Positions 26,780 through 36,489 of a DNA stretch of 60,492 bases are shown one piece after another. The DNA lies in the NCBI GenBank assembly GCA_964387205.1, contig CAYLVY010000005.1, positions 1-60,492 on the forward strand, in the 5' to 3' direction. Made by a program: the position numbers and the translations under genes. How positions within the stretch are numbered: position 1 is the stretch's first letter; each line of letters begins with the position of its first letter. The stretch comes from an uncultured Draconibacterium sp. GTDB lineage: Bacteria > Bacteroidota > Bacteroidia > Bacteroidales > FEN-979. Under the pieces are notes generated by a model that saw nothing but the letters and a program-made list of their open reading frames with translations, ran no database searches and was not told the origin of the DNA.

Positions 26780-27664
26780 TTGGAGAAAAAGGACGGGAAG
26801 AAAAGGAAATGGGTCGATAAATGGCGCAGCAAGTACCGCCTCGTCTTTATCACCGATGACACCCTTGAAGAACGATTTACATTCAGATTGTCACGAATGA
26901 ATGTTTTCGTGGCTCTGGGCACCCTGGCCATTGTCCTGATCTTCCTTACCACCATCCTGATTGCATTTACCCCTTTGCGGGAATATATTCCCGGCTATTC
27001 CAATGTCGATCTGACCAGGCGCCTCTACCGGATGCAGGTAGTGACCGATTCCATTGAAAAAAGCCTTGCCGCCAAAGACCGGTTCATCCAGAATATCCGT
27101 GATGTGATCGAGGGGAGGGACCTGACCGGGAAGACTCCCGTGTTGAAGGACAGTGCGAAAAGATATGACCATATCCGCCTGAAAAGGTCGGTGGAAGATT
27201 CACTCCTTCGGATCGAAATCGAAAACCAAAGCCGGTATAACCTTAACCGCCTGGTAGCCAGCGAAACTACCTCTCCCAGGAAAGCATCCTTGGGGGGGGT
27301 GCTCTTCTTTACGCCACTTAAGGGTGTAATTACCAGCACTTTTGATGCTCTCAAACACCACTATGGAATCGATATTGTGGCCAAGGAAAATGAAACGGTT
27401 AAGTCGGTACTCGATGGGACGGTTTTATTGACGAACTGGACACTGGAGACCGGCTACGTCATCGTCATTCAACATTCAGGGAACATTGTCTCGGTTTATC
27501 GTCATAATTCCACCTTGCTGAAGAAAGCCGGCGATCTGGTAAGGGCCGGCGAACCGGTCGCTTTTGTGGGCAACACCGGCGATTTATCTCAGGGGGCCCA
27601 TCTCCATTTTGAGTTGTGGAGCGATGGAAACCCGGTCGATCCACGGAATTATATTTCATTCTGA
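26780..27664 (+). CDS. M23 (LytM) family metallopeptidase
   Basis: 294 aa with a TTG start and an N-terminal TM anchor. The C-terminal LytM domain carries HYGIDI...GNTGDLSQGAHLHFELW. Confidence 0.85.
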   Translation: MEKKDGKKRKWVDKWRSKYRLVFITDDTLEERFTFRLSRMNVFVALGTLAIVLIFLTTILIAFTPLREYIPGYSNVDLTRRLYRMQVVTDSIEKSLAAKDRFIQNIRDVIEGRDLTGKTPVLKDSAKRYDHIRLKRSVEDSLLRIEIENQSRYNLNRLVASETTSPRKASLGGVLFFTPLKGVITSTFDALKHHYGIDIVAKENETVKSVLDGTVLLTNWTLETGYVIVIQHSGNIVSVYRHNSTLLKKAGDLVRAGEPVAFVGNTGDLSQGAHLHFELWSDGNPVDPRNYISF

Positions 27665-27677
27665 TAAAAGCGAAGCG

Positions 27678-28838
27678 GTGAAAAAGCGGGTTGCAATCCT
27701 TGGTTCTACAGGAAGTATTGGTACTCAGGCACTGAATGTAATCCGAGCCCATCCCGGCCTCTTTGAGGTTGAAGTTCTTACTGCCCACTCCAACAGTGAC
27801 CTTCTCATTGCCCAGGCAGCAGAATTTCTGCCCAATGCCGTGGTGATCGGTCAGAAGGAGGGGTATGACAAAGTGGCAGCCGGGCTGAGGCACCTGCCGG
27901 TTAAGGTCTGGAATGGCAGCCGGGCCATCGCCGATGTGGTGACCATGGACAGTATCGATCTGGTACTCAGCGCCATGGTAGGGTTTTCAGGATTGATTCC
28001 CACCTTTCATGCGTTGAAAGCAGGGAAAGATGTGGCGCTTGCCAACAAGGAAAGCCTGGTTATTGCCGGAGAACTGGTGACGAAGGAAGCGATACGCCAC
28101 CATGCCCGGATTATTCCGGTCGATTCGGAACATTCGGCCATTTTTCAGTGTCTTGCCGGTGAACAGCCCGATTCGGTGGAGAAAATTTATCTGACTGCTT
28201 CCGGCGGTCCGTTTCGTGGAAAAACCGCAACGGAATTGGCCGGTGTAACCCGTGAACAGGCCCTGGCCCACCCCAACTGGAAAATGGGAAGCAAGATCAC
28301 CATCGATTCAGCCTCCCTCATGAACAAGGGGCTGGAGGTCATTGAAGCCCGCTGGCTTTTCGGGCTTGAACCATGGAAGATCGATGTGATCGTCCATCCT
28401 CAGTCGGTGATCCATTCCATCGTACAATTTGTGGACGGATCGATGAAAGCCCAGATGGGCCTGCCCGATATGCACCTTCCGATCTTATATGCCCTGAGCT
28501 ATCCCGGAAGGATACATTCAGGTTTCAAAAGGTTTGATTTTTTACAGTATCCGAACCTCTCCTTTGAATTGCCCGACCGTAAGGTCTTTCGCAATCTTGA
28601 CCTGTCCCTCTTTGCCCTGGAACGGGGTGGAAATGCCACCTGTGTCCTTAATGCTGCCAACGAATCAGCGGTATTCGCATTTCTGCAGGGACGGATCGGT
28701 TTTCTCCAGATGTCGGACCTGATCGAATCCTGTCTCGAAAAGGTATCCCATCTCCGCGAACCCGGTCTGGAAGAATTGGTCGAAACCCATTACCGGACCA
28801 TGGAGGTGGCAGAGACCATTCTGCGGCATGGTAATTGA
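27678..28838 (+). CDS. dxr: 1-deoxy-D-xylulose 5-phosphate reductoisomerase
   Basis: VKKRVAILGSTGSIGTQAL..., LANKESLV and DSEHSAIFQC are present. I chose the GTG at 27678, 13 nt after the M23 stop. The track ORF start at 27564 lies inside the M23 gene. Confidence 0.9.
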   Translation: MKKRVAILGSTGSIGTQALNVIRAHPGLFEVEVLTAHSNSDLLIAQAAEFLPNAVVIGQKEGYDKVAAGLRHLPVKVWNGSRAIADVVTMDSIDLVLSAMVGFSGLIPTFHALKAGKDVALANKESLVIAGELVTKEAIRHHARIIPVDSEHSAIFQCLAGEQPDSVEKIYLTASGGPFRGKTATELAGVTREQALAHPNWKMGSKITIDSASLMNKGLEVIEARWLFGLEPWKIDVIVHPQSVIHSIVQFVDGSMKAQMGLPDMHLPILYALSYPGRIHSGFKRFDFLQYPNLSFELPDRKVFRNLDLSLFALERGGNATCVLNAANESAVFAFLQGRIGFLQMSDLIESCLEKVSHLREPGLEELVETHYRTMEVAETILRHGN

Positions 28839-28898
28839 AAAGAGACATCAGTATATATTGAATATTGAACATATTTAAACGTTGATAATACATTTTGC

Positions 28899-30218
28899 AT
28901 GGAGATATTGATCAAAATAGTACAACTGTTGCTCAGTTTGTCGATTCTGGTAATTGTGCATGAATTCGGCCATTATATCGCAGCCCGGATTTTCGGGACA
29001 AGGGTGGAAAAATTCTATCTGTTTTTCGATGCCTGGTTCTCCCTGTTCAAGTTTAAAAAGGGGCACACCGAATACGGAATCGGTTGGATTCCGCTGGGGG
29101 GATATGTAAAGATTTCCGGAATGATCGATGAATCGATGGACAAGGAGCAGATGAAGCAACCTCCGCAGCCATGGGAGTTCCGGACCAAACCAGCCTGGCA
29201 GCGACTGATCATTATGCTGGGTGGGGTGACGGTCAATATCCTGCTGGCCATTGTGATCTATATCAGCATGCTGGCCCTGATGGGAGAACAGTATCTTCCG
29301 GTGGCCAACGCAAAGTATGGAATTGCCGTCGATTCCCTGGGTTACCGGATGGGGCTCAGGGACGGGGATAACATAATTTCCATTGACCATCAGCCGGTGG
29401 AAGATTTCATTGAGGTCAAGGAACGCCTTATGCTGGATGGTGCTAAATCGGTTCAGGTCACAAGGGAAGACATCAGGATGGATATTCCCATACCGGCAGA
29501 TTTTATCAGTCAGCTGATCAAAACCAACAATCCGGATTTCATTACCTATCGTTTTCCCTTTGTGGTGGGTGACTTTGCCCCGGGTTCGGTGGCCAGGGAG
29601 GCCGGGTTGCTGCCCGGCGACCGGATTATCGGGATCAATGATTCGATGACCCTCTATTTCAATCATTTCCGGGCTTATATTCAGCAACATAAAAACCAGA
29701 AGGTGGATATCCGGGTAGTGCGCGGACAGGATACCCTCCGGTTGCCTGTAGATGTGCCGGCAGCCGGATTGATCGGGGTACAGCCCAAATCGCCGGCCCT
29801 GTTCCTCGACTTTGCCGAGAAACACTATTCTGTGTTTTCTGCCATACCTGCCGGAATTGTAAAGACTTTTGAAGGTGCCGGAAATTACCTGAAATCGATG
29901 AAAGTGCTCTTTACGCAGGAAAAGGCCTACGAATCAGTGGGGGGATTCATCACCATCGGCAGTGTTTTCCCTGCCACCTGGGACTGGGTGCAATTCTGGT
30001 CGCTGACTGCCTTTCTCTCCATTATGCTGGCCATTCTGAATGTACTCCCTATCCCGGCACTTGATGGGGGACATGTGATGTTCCTGCTTTACGAGATCAT
30101 TTTCCGGAGAAAGCCCAGCGATAAATTCATGGAATATGCCCAGGTTGCCGGTATGGTGATCCTCTTCGGATTGCTCATTTTCGCCAACGGCCAGGATATA
30201 CTCAAACTGTTCCGTTAG
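28899..30218 (+). CDS. rseP: RIP (site-2) metalloprotease RseP
   Basis: 439 aa with HEFGHY in TM1, PDZ segments and a C-terminal NxxPxxxLDGG-like motif (NVLPIPALDGGH). Confidence 0.9.
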   Translation: MEILIKIVQLLLSLSILVIVHEFGHYIAARIFGTRVEKFYLFFDAWFSLFKFKKGHTEYGIGWIPLGGYVKISGMIDESMDKEQMKQPPQPWEFRTKPAWQRLIIMLGGVTVNILLAIVIYISMLALMGEQYLPVANAKYGIAVDSLGYRMGLRDGDNIISIDHQPVEDFIEVKERLMLDGAKSVQVTREDIRMDIPIPADFISQLIKTNNPDFITYRFPFVVGDFAPGSVAREAGLLPGDRIIGINDSMTLYFNHFRAYIQQHKNQKVDIRVVRGQDTLRLPVDVPAAGLIGVQPKSPALFLDFAEKHYSVFSAIPAGIVKTFEGAGNYLKSMKVLFTQEKAYESVGGFITIGSVFPATWDWVQFWSLTAFLSIMLAILNVLPIPALDGGHVMFLLYEIIFRRKPSDKFMEYAQVAGMVILFGLLIFANGQDILKLFR

Positions 30219-31114
30219 TTTTCAGATACCTTCTCTTTCAGCGATTTGAACCCCTCGCCGAGTATTTCCGTGGCATCGGTGATCGTCACGAAAGCCTTCG
30301 GGTCAATCTGATGAATGTACTCTTCGAGGGTAGCCAGTTCACGACGGCTAACGACAGTATGGATGATGCGCCTTTCCGCATTGTTGTACATGCCGCGCCC
30401 GTCAATAAAAGTGCCGCCGCGATCCAGGTTATTGATGATTTTATCCCGGATATCTTCATATTTATCGGAAATGATAAAGACACTTTTGTCGTAACTCACC
30501 CCTTCCAGCACGATATCGATCACTTTACCGGTCACAAAGATCACGATCCAGGAATAAAGGGGGATCTTCCAGTCCTGAAACACCGCAAGGCCGAGGAGAA
30601 CGATGACCGAATCGACGTATATCATCAGCATGCCGAGGGGAAGCCGGGTATATTTGGCTATGATCATGGCCACGATGTCGCTTCCTCCCGAAGTTGCTTT
30701 CGATTTGAAGATCAGTCCAAGTCCGACACCTGCCAAAACCCCGCCGAAGACGGAGGAGAGGAGGGGGTCATCCGCCACCAGTGGCTTAAATCCCCAGGCC
30801 AGGGTGAGCAGGTCGGTAAAAAGTGCCGTCAGGGAGAACCCGACGACTGTTTTGACGCCAAACCTGGGCCCGAGAAATTTTATTCCCAGGATGGTCAGCG
30901 GAATATCAAAGGCCAGGGCCATCATCCCGACAGGAGTATTAAAAAGGTAGTGCAGGACGATGGAGATGCCGTACACACCTCCGGGAACAATTTTATGAGG
31001 GGTAATAAAGAAGACAAAACCCGCGGCGAGGATAAGTGCGCCTGAAACGATCTGGCCGTAGGAAATAAACCATTTCCGCGTAAATGGCTTTTCTTTGAAC
31101 AGGATGAATGACAT
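30215..31114 (-). CDS. YitT family membrane protein (DUF2179 C-terminal domain)
   Basis: 299 aa with a 5-6 TM N-terminal part (ITPHKIVPGGVYGISIVLHY) and a soluble C-terminal domain. Confidence 0.8.
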   Translation of the reverse strand: MSFILFKEKPFTRKWFISYGQIVSGALILAAGFVFFITPHKIVPGGVYGISIVLHYLFNTPVGMMALAFDIPLTILGIKFLGPRFGVKTVVGFSLTALFTDLLTLAWGFKPLVADDPLLSSVFGGVLAGVGLGLIFKSKATSGGSDIVAMIIAKYTRLPLGMLMIYVDSVIVLLGLAVFQDWKIPLYSWIVIFVTGKVIDIVLEGVSYDKSVFIISDKYEDIRDKIINNLDRGGTFIDGRGMYNNAERRIIHTVVSRRELATLEEYIHQIDPKAFVTITDATEILGEGFKSLKEKVSEN

Positions 31115-31176
31115 GGTATTGATTGGGTGTTAAAATGTGTGACTACCAGGGGATCATTTCGATTCCGATTTTCATG

Positions 31177-31184
31177 CAAAGATA
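31177..31184 (-). promoter_or_regulatory. candidate -7 promoter box (TATCTTTG) for yitT
   Basis: Plus-strand CAAAGATA lies 62 nt upstream of the ATG at 31114. Confidence 0.3.
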
Positions 31185-31323
31185 TTTTAAGTGAATACAA
31201 TGCCAATGAAAATATTCCGTTACAGCATTATTCCCATATCAAAAAAATTTCGGGCTGACGGAGATAAAAAAAAATAGTGTAATTTTACCCGGTTTTCCGA
31301 ACAAACGAATACTGGTAACGATT

Positions 31324-32295
31324 TTGTCAATCACTCAATCTGTAAAACAACGCATTGCCGGAGGGCTTTTTTTCAGCCTATTTCTTATTATTCAGGCAGT
31401 TAGTCCATCCATGGCGCAGCAGCCATCCCTGATTACCCATTACATGTTTACCAACATGGCGATCAATCCTGCCTTTGCAGGCGCCTCATCAGGGATCTGT
31501 GTGACAGGATTGGTGCGTCAGCAACTGATGGGTTGGAAAGACCCGGACGGGACCAAGTCCGGCCCTCAGACCTTTATGCTGACCGCGGATGCTCCGGTAA
31601 AGTTTCTTCACGGTGGCCTGGGCGGAAGCATTTTTCAGGACAAAATCGGTTTTCAAAAGAATATAACGGTTGAACTGGCCTATGCCTACCGTACTGATTT
31701 CTGGGATGGGGATATCTCTTTCGGGGTGCAGGGAAACCTGTTCAATCTGAGTTTTGACGGGAAGTTTCAACCTCTGGAGCAGGATGATCCTGTGGTTTCC
31801 GGGCTTACCGGCGAACTCAGCACCATGTCGTTTGATGCCGGGCTGGGTGTATTCTACCAGGTACCCGACCGATATTATATTGGGCTTTCCGCTGATAACA
31901 TTCTTCAGACCCGGGCGACCAAACTGGGTTACCAGATGCGCCGCTCCTTTTTTCTGGCCGGCGGTTACGAATGGGCCGTCCCAAACCGACCCTTGTTTGA
32001 AGTGAAACCCTCTGCCCTTATTATGTATGATGGAGCCGTTTTTCAGGTCAATGCCAGTGCCCTGGTGTTTTATAATCAGAAAATTTATGGTGGATTGGGA
32101 TATCGCTTCCAGGATGCCGTATCAATATTGGCCGGTTTGAATATCAAGGGTTTGCATATCGGAGTGGCCTATGATATAAATACTTCACGCTTAAGCAAAT
32201 ACAATAGCGGAGCTCTTGAAGTGATGTTGAACTATTGCTTTAAAATCGATACGGACAAATACCGTAGAAGCTATAAAAATACCAGATTTCTGTAA
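31324..32295 (+). CDS. porP: PorP/SprF family T9SS outer-membrane protein
   Basis: 323 aa with a TTG start and a signal peptide. The characteristic N-terminal block (QQPSLITHYMFTNMAINPAFAG) and a beta-barrel pattern are present, and it lies immediately upstream of gldK. Confidence 0.85.
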   Translation: MSITQSVKQRIAGGLFFSLFLIIQAVSPSMAQQPSLITHYMFTNMAINPAFAGASSGICVTGLVRQQLMGWKDPDGTKSGPQTFMLTADAPVKFLHGGLGGSIFQDKIGFQKNITVELAYAYRTDFWDGDISFGVQGNLFNLSFDGKFQPLEQDDPVVSGLTGELSTMSFDAGLGVFYQVPDRYYIGLSADNILQTRATKLGYQMRRSFFLAGGYEWAVPNRPLFEVKPSALIMYDGAVFQVNASALVFYNQKIYGGLGYRFQDAVSILAGLNIKGLHIGVAYDINTSRLSKYNSGALEVMLNYCFKIDTDKYRRSYKNTRFL

Positions 32296-32393
32296 TTGGA
32301 ACGGTTAAAAATTGAGTATCTGACGAAAACATGTCAGCAAATTTTAAAATAAATCATATTTCAGTGCGTTATTTTCATCCAAATATGCCAGCA

Positions 32394-33770
32394 ATGAAGA
32401 AACTGCTCATTTATTCTGCAATTCTCCTCATTCTCGGAAGTTGTAGTAATTCCGGAAATGGCGAGTTAACCGGAGTGAAGGACCGAAAGCGGTATTATGC
32501 CCCGGATCCCTTTGGCATGGTTTACATTCCATTGGGCTCTTACACCATGGGCCTTGGGGATGAGGATATGCTCTACGCACAGTTGAACAATGCCAAAACC
32601 GTTACGGTGGAGGCATTTTACATGGACCGGACAGAGATCACCAATAATCAGTACCGCCAGTTCGTTTATTGGGTCCGCGATTCCATTTATCGCTACCAAT
32701 TGGGAGTCGCCGGTGTCCCCGAATTCCTTGTACTTACACCAACCAGTTTAGGATCCGGCAGTTCCGGCAGTGAGGATACTACCCTTAACTGGCAGACAAA
32801 GATCAACTGGAAAACGGACGATTCCAAAATACAGGAGGTGTATGATTCCGCCCACTATCGGAAAGAAGAACGGTTTTTTAATCGTAAAGAACTGGATACA
32901 AGGAAATTAAATTACCTTTATTACTACATCGACCTGCAGTCGGCAGCCAAAAAGGATTACACCAGCCCGGGTGATCCGGTGCATGCCTCCCTTGCCAACC
33001 GCCCGCAGGGACGGAGCGACCGTTCGGTATACGTGAGAAGGGAAGTAATTAATGTCTATCCCGACACCCTGTGCTGGATTCACGACTTTGCCTATTCCTA
33101 CAATGATCCTACCGCCGAGAAGTACTTCTATCACCCGGCTTATGATCATTATCCCGTGGTGGGCGTAAACTGGAAACAGGCTAAGGCATTCTGCATCTGG
33201 CGTACACAATTGAAAAATAGTTACCTCTCCGGTAAGAAAGGCGAACCTTTCATCAGCGACTTCCGTTTGCCCACCGAAGCGGAGTGGGAATGGGCCGCCC
33301 GGGGCGGTTTTGATGGCAACCCTTACCCATGGGGCGGGCCTTACACCCGAAACGACAAGGGATGCTTCCTTGCCAACTTCAAACCCCAGCGCGGGAATTA
33401 TGCCGCCGACGATGGCGCGAAAACAGTTATCGCCGGCCATTATGGGGCCAATGATTATGGCTTATATGATATGTCGGGAAACGTGGCGGAATGGACCAGC
33501 ACAGCATTTCACCCATCCTCCTACCGTGCTGTCTGGGACCTGAACCCGAATTACGAATATAATGCCAAGGATGCAGATCCCCCAACCAAAAAGCGAAAGG
33601 TAATACGCGGAGGATCGTGGAAAGATGTGGCCTATATGTTGCGCGTTTCTACCCGCTCTTACGAATACCAGGATACTGCCAAAAGTTATATCGGATTCCG
33701 TTGTGTCCAGTCGTTCCTGGGCCGTCAGCGTGGAGATAATCCGGCAAGAGCATCTAAAGTTTATCGGTAA
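32394..33770 (+). CDS. gldK: gliding motility/T9SS lipoprotein GldK (PorK)
   Basis: From the ATG at 32394: MKKLLIYSAILLILGSCSNSG (lipobox). An FGE/sulfatase-modifying-factor-like domain follows (VNWKQAKAFCIWR...RLPTEAEWEWAARGG...RGGSW). The track ORF starts at 32331. Confidence 0.9.
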   Translation: MKKLLIYSAILLILGSCSNSGNGELTGVKDRKRYYAPDPFGMVYIPLGSYTMGLGDEDMLYAQLNNAKTVTVEAFYMDRTEITNNQYRQFVYWVRDSIYRYQLGVAGVPEFLVLTPTSLGSGSSGSEDTTLNWQTKINWKTDDSKIQEVYDSAHYRKEERFFNRKELDTRKLNYLYYYIDLQSAAKKDYTSPGDPVHASLANRPQGRSDRSVYVRREVINVYPDTLCWIHDFAYSYNDPTAEKYFYHPAYDHYPVVGVNWKQAKAFCIWRTQLKNSYLSGKKGEPFISDFRLPTEAEWEWAARGGFDGNPYPWGGPYTRNDKGCFLANFKPQRGNYAADDGAKTVIAGHYGANDYGLYDMSGNVAEWTSTAFHPSSYRAVWDLNPNYEYNAKDADPPTKKRKVIRGGSWKDVAYMLRVSTRSYEYQDTAKSYIGFRCVQSFLGRQRGDNPARASKVYR

Positions 33771-33814
33771 AATTTAATTAACCTCTTTATCCACTTGTAA
33801 AATTTTTTAAGAAT

Positions 33815-34849
33815 ATGGCATTGCTCGATTTCGTGAATACCAAAGGGTACAAGCTGTTCATGTCCAGACTCTACGGCTTAGGCGCATCAGTTGTGATCAT
33901 TGGTGCATTGTTCAAGATCAACCATTATCCCGGAGCAGACATCATGCTGATCGTAGGACTTGGAACAGAGTCCCTTATCTTTTTCTTTTCCGCTTTTGAA
34001 AAGCCACCGAAGGATTTCGACTGGAGCCTTGTCTATCCTCAATTCAGCCTCGGAGAAGAAAGCAAACCCCTCGAAATGGTTTCAAAGACGATGAAAGGTG
34101 ACAGCGTGACCCAGGAGTTGGATAAAATGATGGAAAAAGCCAAAATCGGACCGGAACTGATAGAAAGCCTGGGCTCGGGATTGAAAAATTTAACGGATAC
34201 TACTTCCAAACTGTCCAACGTGGCAGACGCGAGCCTGGCCAACGACAAATATGTCAATACCATGAAGTCGGCTACAGAATCGGTTACCCAGTTAAATGAA
34301 TCCTACAGGAAGACTGCCCATACCATGGAACAAAGCGTCCAGGCCAATCAGGAACAGTTAACCCATATAAAGGCTACATCCCAAAACGCAGCCGGCCTTG
34401 CCAGCGTTTTTAAGGAAGCCAGTGAATCGATGAAAGAGGATGTCCGTGCCAACAAGGCATTTGCCGATACTCTAAACACGGTAACCTCTTCAGCCAACCA
34501 GTTTGTACAGAAATATAAGGAATCGACCGACATGCTGGCCAGGGCTGCCGAAGCCGTTCAGGCCCAGTCGGAAGGCGGAAATAATTATAGCAAGGAGTTG
34601 CAAAAGATATCTAAAAATCTTTCCGCACTGAACGCCTTATATGAAATGCATCTTCAGGGTTCCAACCAGCAAATGGAAAATACACGGAAATATAATGATG
34701 TCCTGACCAGGTTTTCCTCCAACCTTACGGAATCGATAGCCAATACCGAAAAGTTTAAAGCGGAAGTCGATAACCTGACAAAAAATATCGCTTCACTGAA
34801 TAAAGTTTACGGGAACATGCTTTCGGCAATGAGCCTTGGTGGAAAATAA
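33815..34849 (+). CDS. gldL: gliding motility/T9SS protein GldL (PorL)
   Basis: 344 aa. The two N-terminal TM helices match the GldL signature (GLGASVVIIGALFKINHYPG...GLGTESLIFFFSAFE...DWSLVYP), followed by a long helical C-terminal part. Confidence 0.9.
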   Translation: MALLDFVNTKGYKLFMSRLYGLGASVVIIGALFKINHYPGADIMLIVGLGTESLIFFFSAFEKPPKDFDWSLVYPQFSLGEESKPLEMVSKTMKGDSVTQELDKMMEKAKIGPELIESLGSGLKNLTDTTSKLSNVADASLANDKYVNTMKSATESVTQLNESYRKTAHTMEQSVQANQEQLTHIKATSQNAAGLASVFKEASESMKEDVRANKAFADTLNTVTSSANQFVQKYKESTDMLARAAEAVQAQSEGGNNYSKELQKISKNLSALNALYEMHLQGSNQQMENTRKYNDVLTRFSSNLTESIANTEKFKAEVDNLTKNIASLNKVYGNMLSAMSLGGK

Positions 34850-34881
34850 ACGGATCTTTGACTGTAAAATATAACTGATAC

Positions 34882-36489
34882 ATGGCTGGATATAAAGAGA
34901 CACCGAGGCAGAAAATGATCGGGATGATGTATCTCGTGCTGACTGCATTGCTCGCTTTGAATGTCTCCAAGCAAATTATGGATGCTTTCCTCGTGGTGAA
35001 CGAGAGCCTCGAAACAACCAACGAAAATTTCTCCCGAAAAATGGAGGGAACTTACTCCAAGTTCTTTTCACAATTTAAAATGAACGAGGAAAAGGTCGGG
35101 CCGTTCTATAAAAGGGCGGAACAGGCCAGGGCCTTGTCTGAAGAGTTGCTCCGATACATTGACAGTATCAAGTATGTGGTCATCATGAAGACGGAACGGC
35201 TTGAAAACCTCGACAGCGCCAAAATTAAACCTCTCAGCGAAATTCAGAAGATCGATAATTTTGACACGCCAACAGCTTATATGCATGGGAGTAAATCGGA
35301 CGGCAGCGGCGGTGAAGGTATGGTGCTCCGTAATAAGATCAAGGAATATAAGGAGAAAATGCTCCTGCTCGTTAATGAAAAATCCCGTGCGAGCATTAAA
35401 ATGGGAATCGATACGGAAGCCGAATACAAAAACCGCGATGATGAGCCTATTCAATGGCAAACCTACAACTTTTACCACACGATCCTTGCAGCTACCGTGA
35501 CGATCCTAAACGAGATAAAAGCTGAAGTAAAGAATATTGAATTCGATGTGGTCAACAGCATCTTTTCGGAAGTGAATGCCGAAGACTATAAATTCGATGT
35601 GATCAGGGCCAAGGTGATCCCGGAATCCCGTTTTGTTTTCTCCGGAGAAACCTACAACGCGGAGATTATCGTGGCTGCATACGAAACCAAGGGAAAACCG
35701 GTAGTAAAATGGGCACCCGGAGTAGACAGCCTGACCCCTGGTATGTTTGCAGGTGCAAGATCCATTGATGGAGAAGCAGGGGTTGTGAAACTCTCCATTC
35801 CTTCCGGAGGAGAAGGGCCCCAGCGTTTTGCAGGGTTAATCCAGGTGCTGGATCCCAATGGTCAGCCCAAAAATTATCATTTTAAAGATAATTATGTGGT
35901 TGCCCGACGGTCGGTCTCCATCTCGCCACAAGCCATGCTCGTCTTTTACCGCGGACTGGACAACCCTCTGAAAGTGGGTATCCCGGGTGGTGGTTCCGAT
36001 GTGAAGGTTGATATCACCCAGGGTACCGTGGTAAAAACCGACAGCAACTATGTGGTCAGAATTCCGGCAGGAATGAACCCATGGGCCACGGTCACGGTGA
36101 GTGCCGTGTATGATGATAAGCGGATCATCCTGGGATCCGAAAGATTCAAGGTTAAAATGGTCCCTCCCCCTAACATCCTTCTGAACGAACAAACCGAAAT
36201 GAGCATCAGCAAAGAGCAACTCAAATCCCGGGCTATCCTTTTTGCCAAAACCCCGTCGGGTTTTGACATGAATGCCAGATATAGCGTGACCTCCTTTACT
36301 TTTGAGACCATCGGTGCCGAAGGCAACTCCATCACAGTGAAAGGGACGGGCCGCGAATTTAACCGTGAAATGCAGGAACTTGTCGCAAGAGCACGACGCA
36401 ATCAACCCATCATCATCACCGATATAAAAGTTGATTGTCCGGATGGCCCGCGATTACTTACAGACAGGTTAATATATACCATTAAATAA
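34882..36489 (+). CDS. gldM: gliding motility/T9SS protein GldM (PorM)
   Basis: 535 aa with the N-terminus [36 protein letters not shown], typical of GldM. Confidence 0.9.
   Translation: MAGYKETPRQKMIGMMYLVLTALLALNVSKQIMDAFLVVNESLETTNENFSRKMEGTYSKFFSQFKMNEEKVGPFYKRAEQARALSEELLRYIDSIKYVVIMKTERLENLDSAKIKPLSEIQKIDNFDTPTAYMHGSKSDGSGGEGMVLRNKIKEYKEKMLLLVNEKSRASIKMGIDTEAEYKNRDDEPIQWQTYNFYHTILAATVTILNEIKAEVKNIEFDVVNSIFSEVNAEDYKFDVIRAKVIPESRFVFSGETYNAEIIVAAYETKGKPVVKWAPGVDSLTPGMFAGARSIDGEAGVVKLSIPSGGEGPQRFAGLIQVLDPNGQPKNYHFKDNYVVARRSVSISPQAMLVFYRGLDNPLKVGIPGGGSDVKVDITQGTVVKTDSNYVVRIPAGMNPWATVTVSAVYDDKRIILGSERFKVKMVPPPNILLNEQTEMSISKEQLKSRAILFAKTPSGFDMNARYSVTSFTFETIGAEGNSITVKGTGREFNREMQELVARARRNQPIIITDIKVDCPDGPRLLTDRLIYTIK

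Noticed and set aside
27564-27677. N-terminal extensions in the track ORFs for dxr (27564), adenine deaminase (48775), folE (22521), the atpZ-like gene (23665), bactofilin (23987), gldK (32331), ptb (10833), the acetyltransferase (16285) and the lptE-like gene (43274).
   Set aside because: The extensions overlap the preceding gene and lack homology-like sequence. Conserved N-termini begin at internal ATG/GTG codons, so I used those. The exact starts remain unverified.
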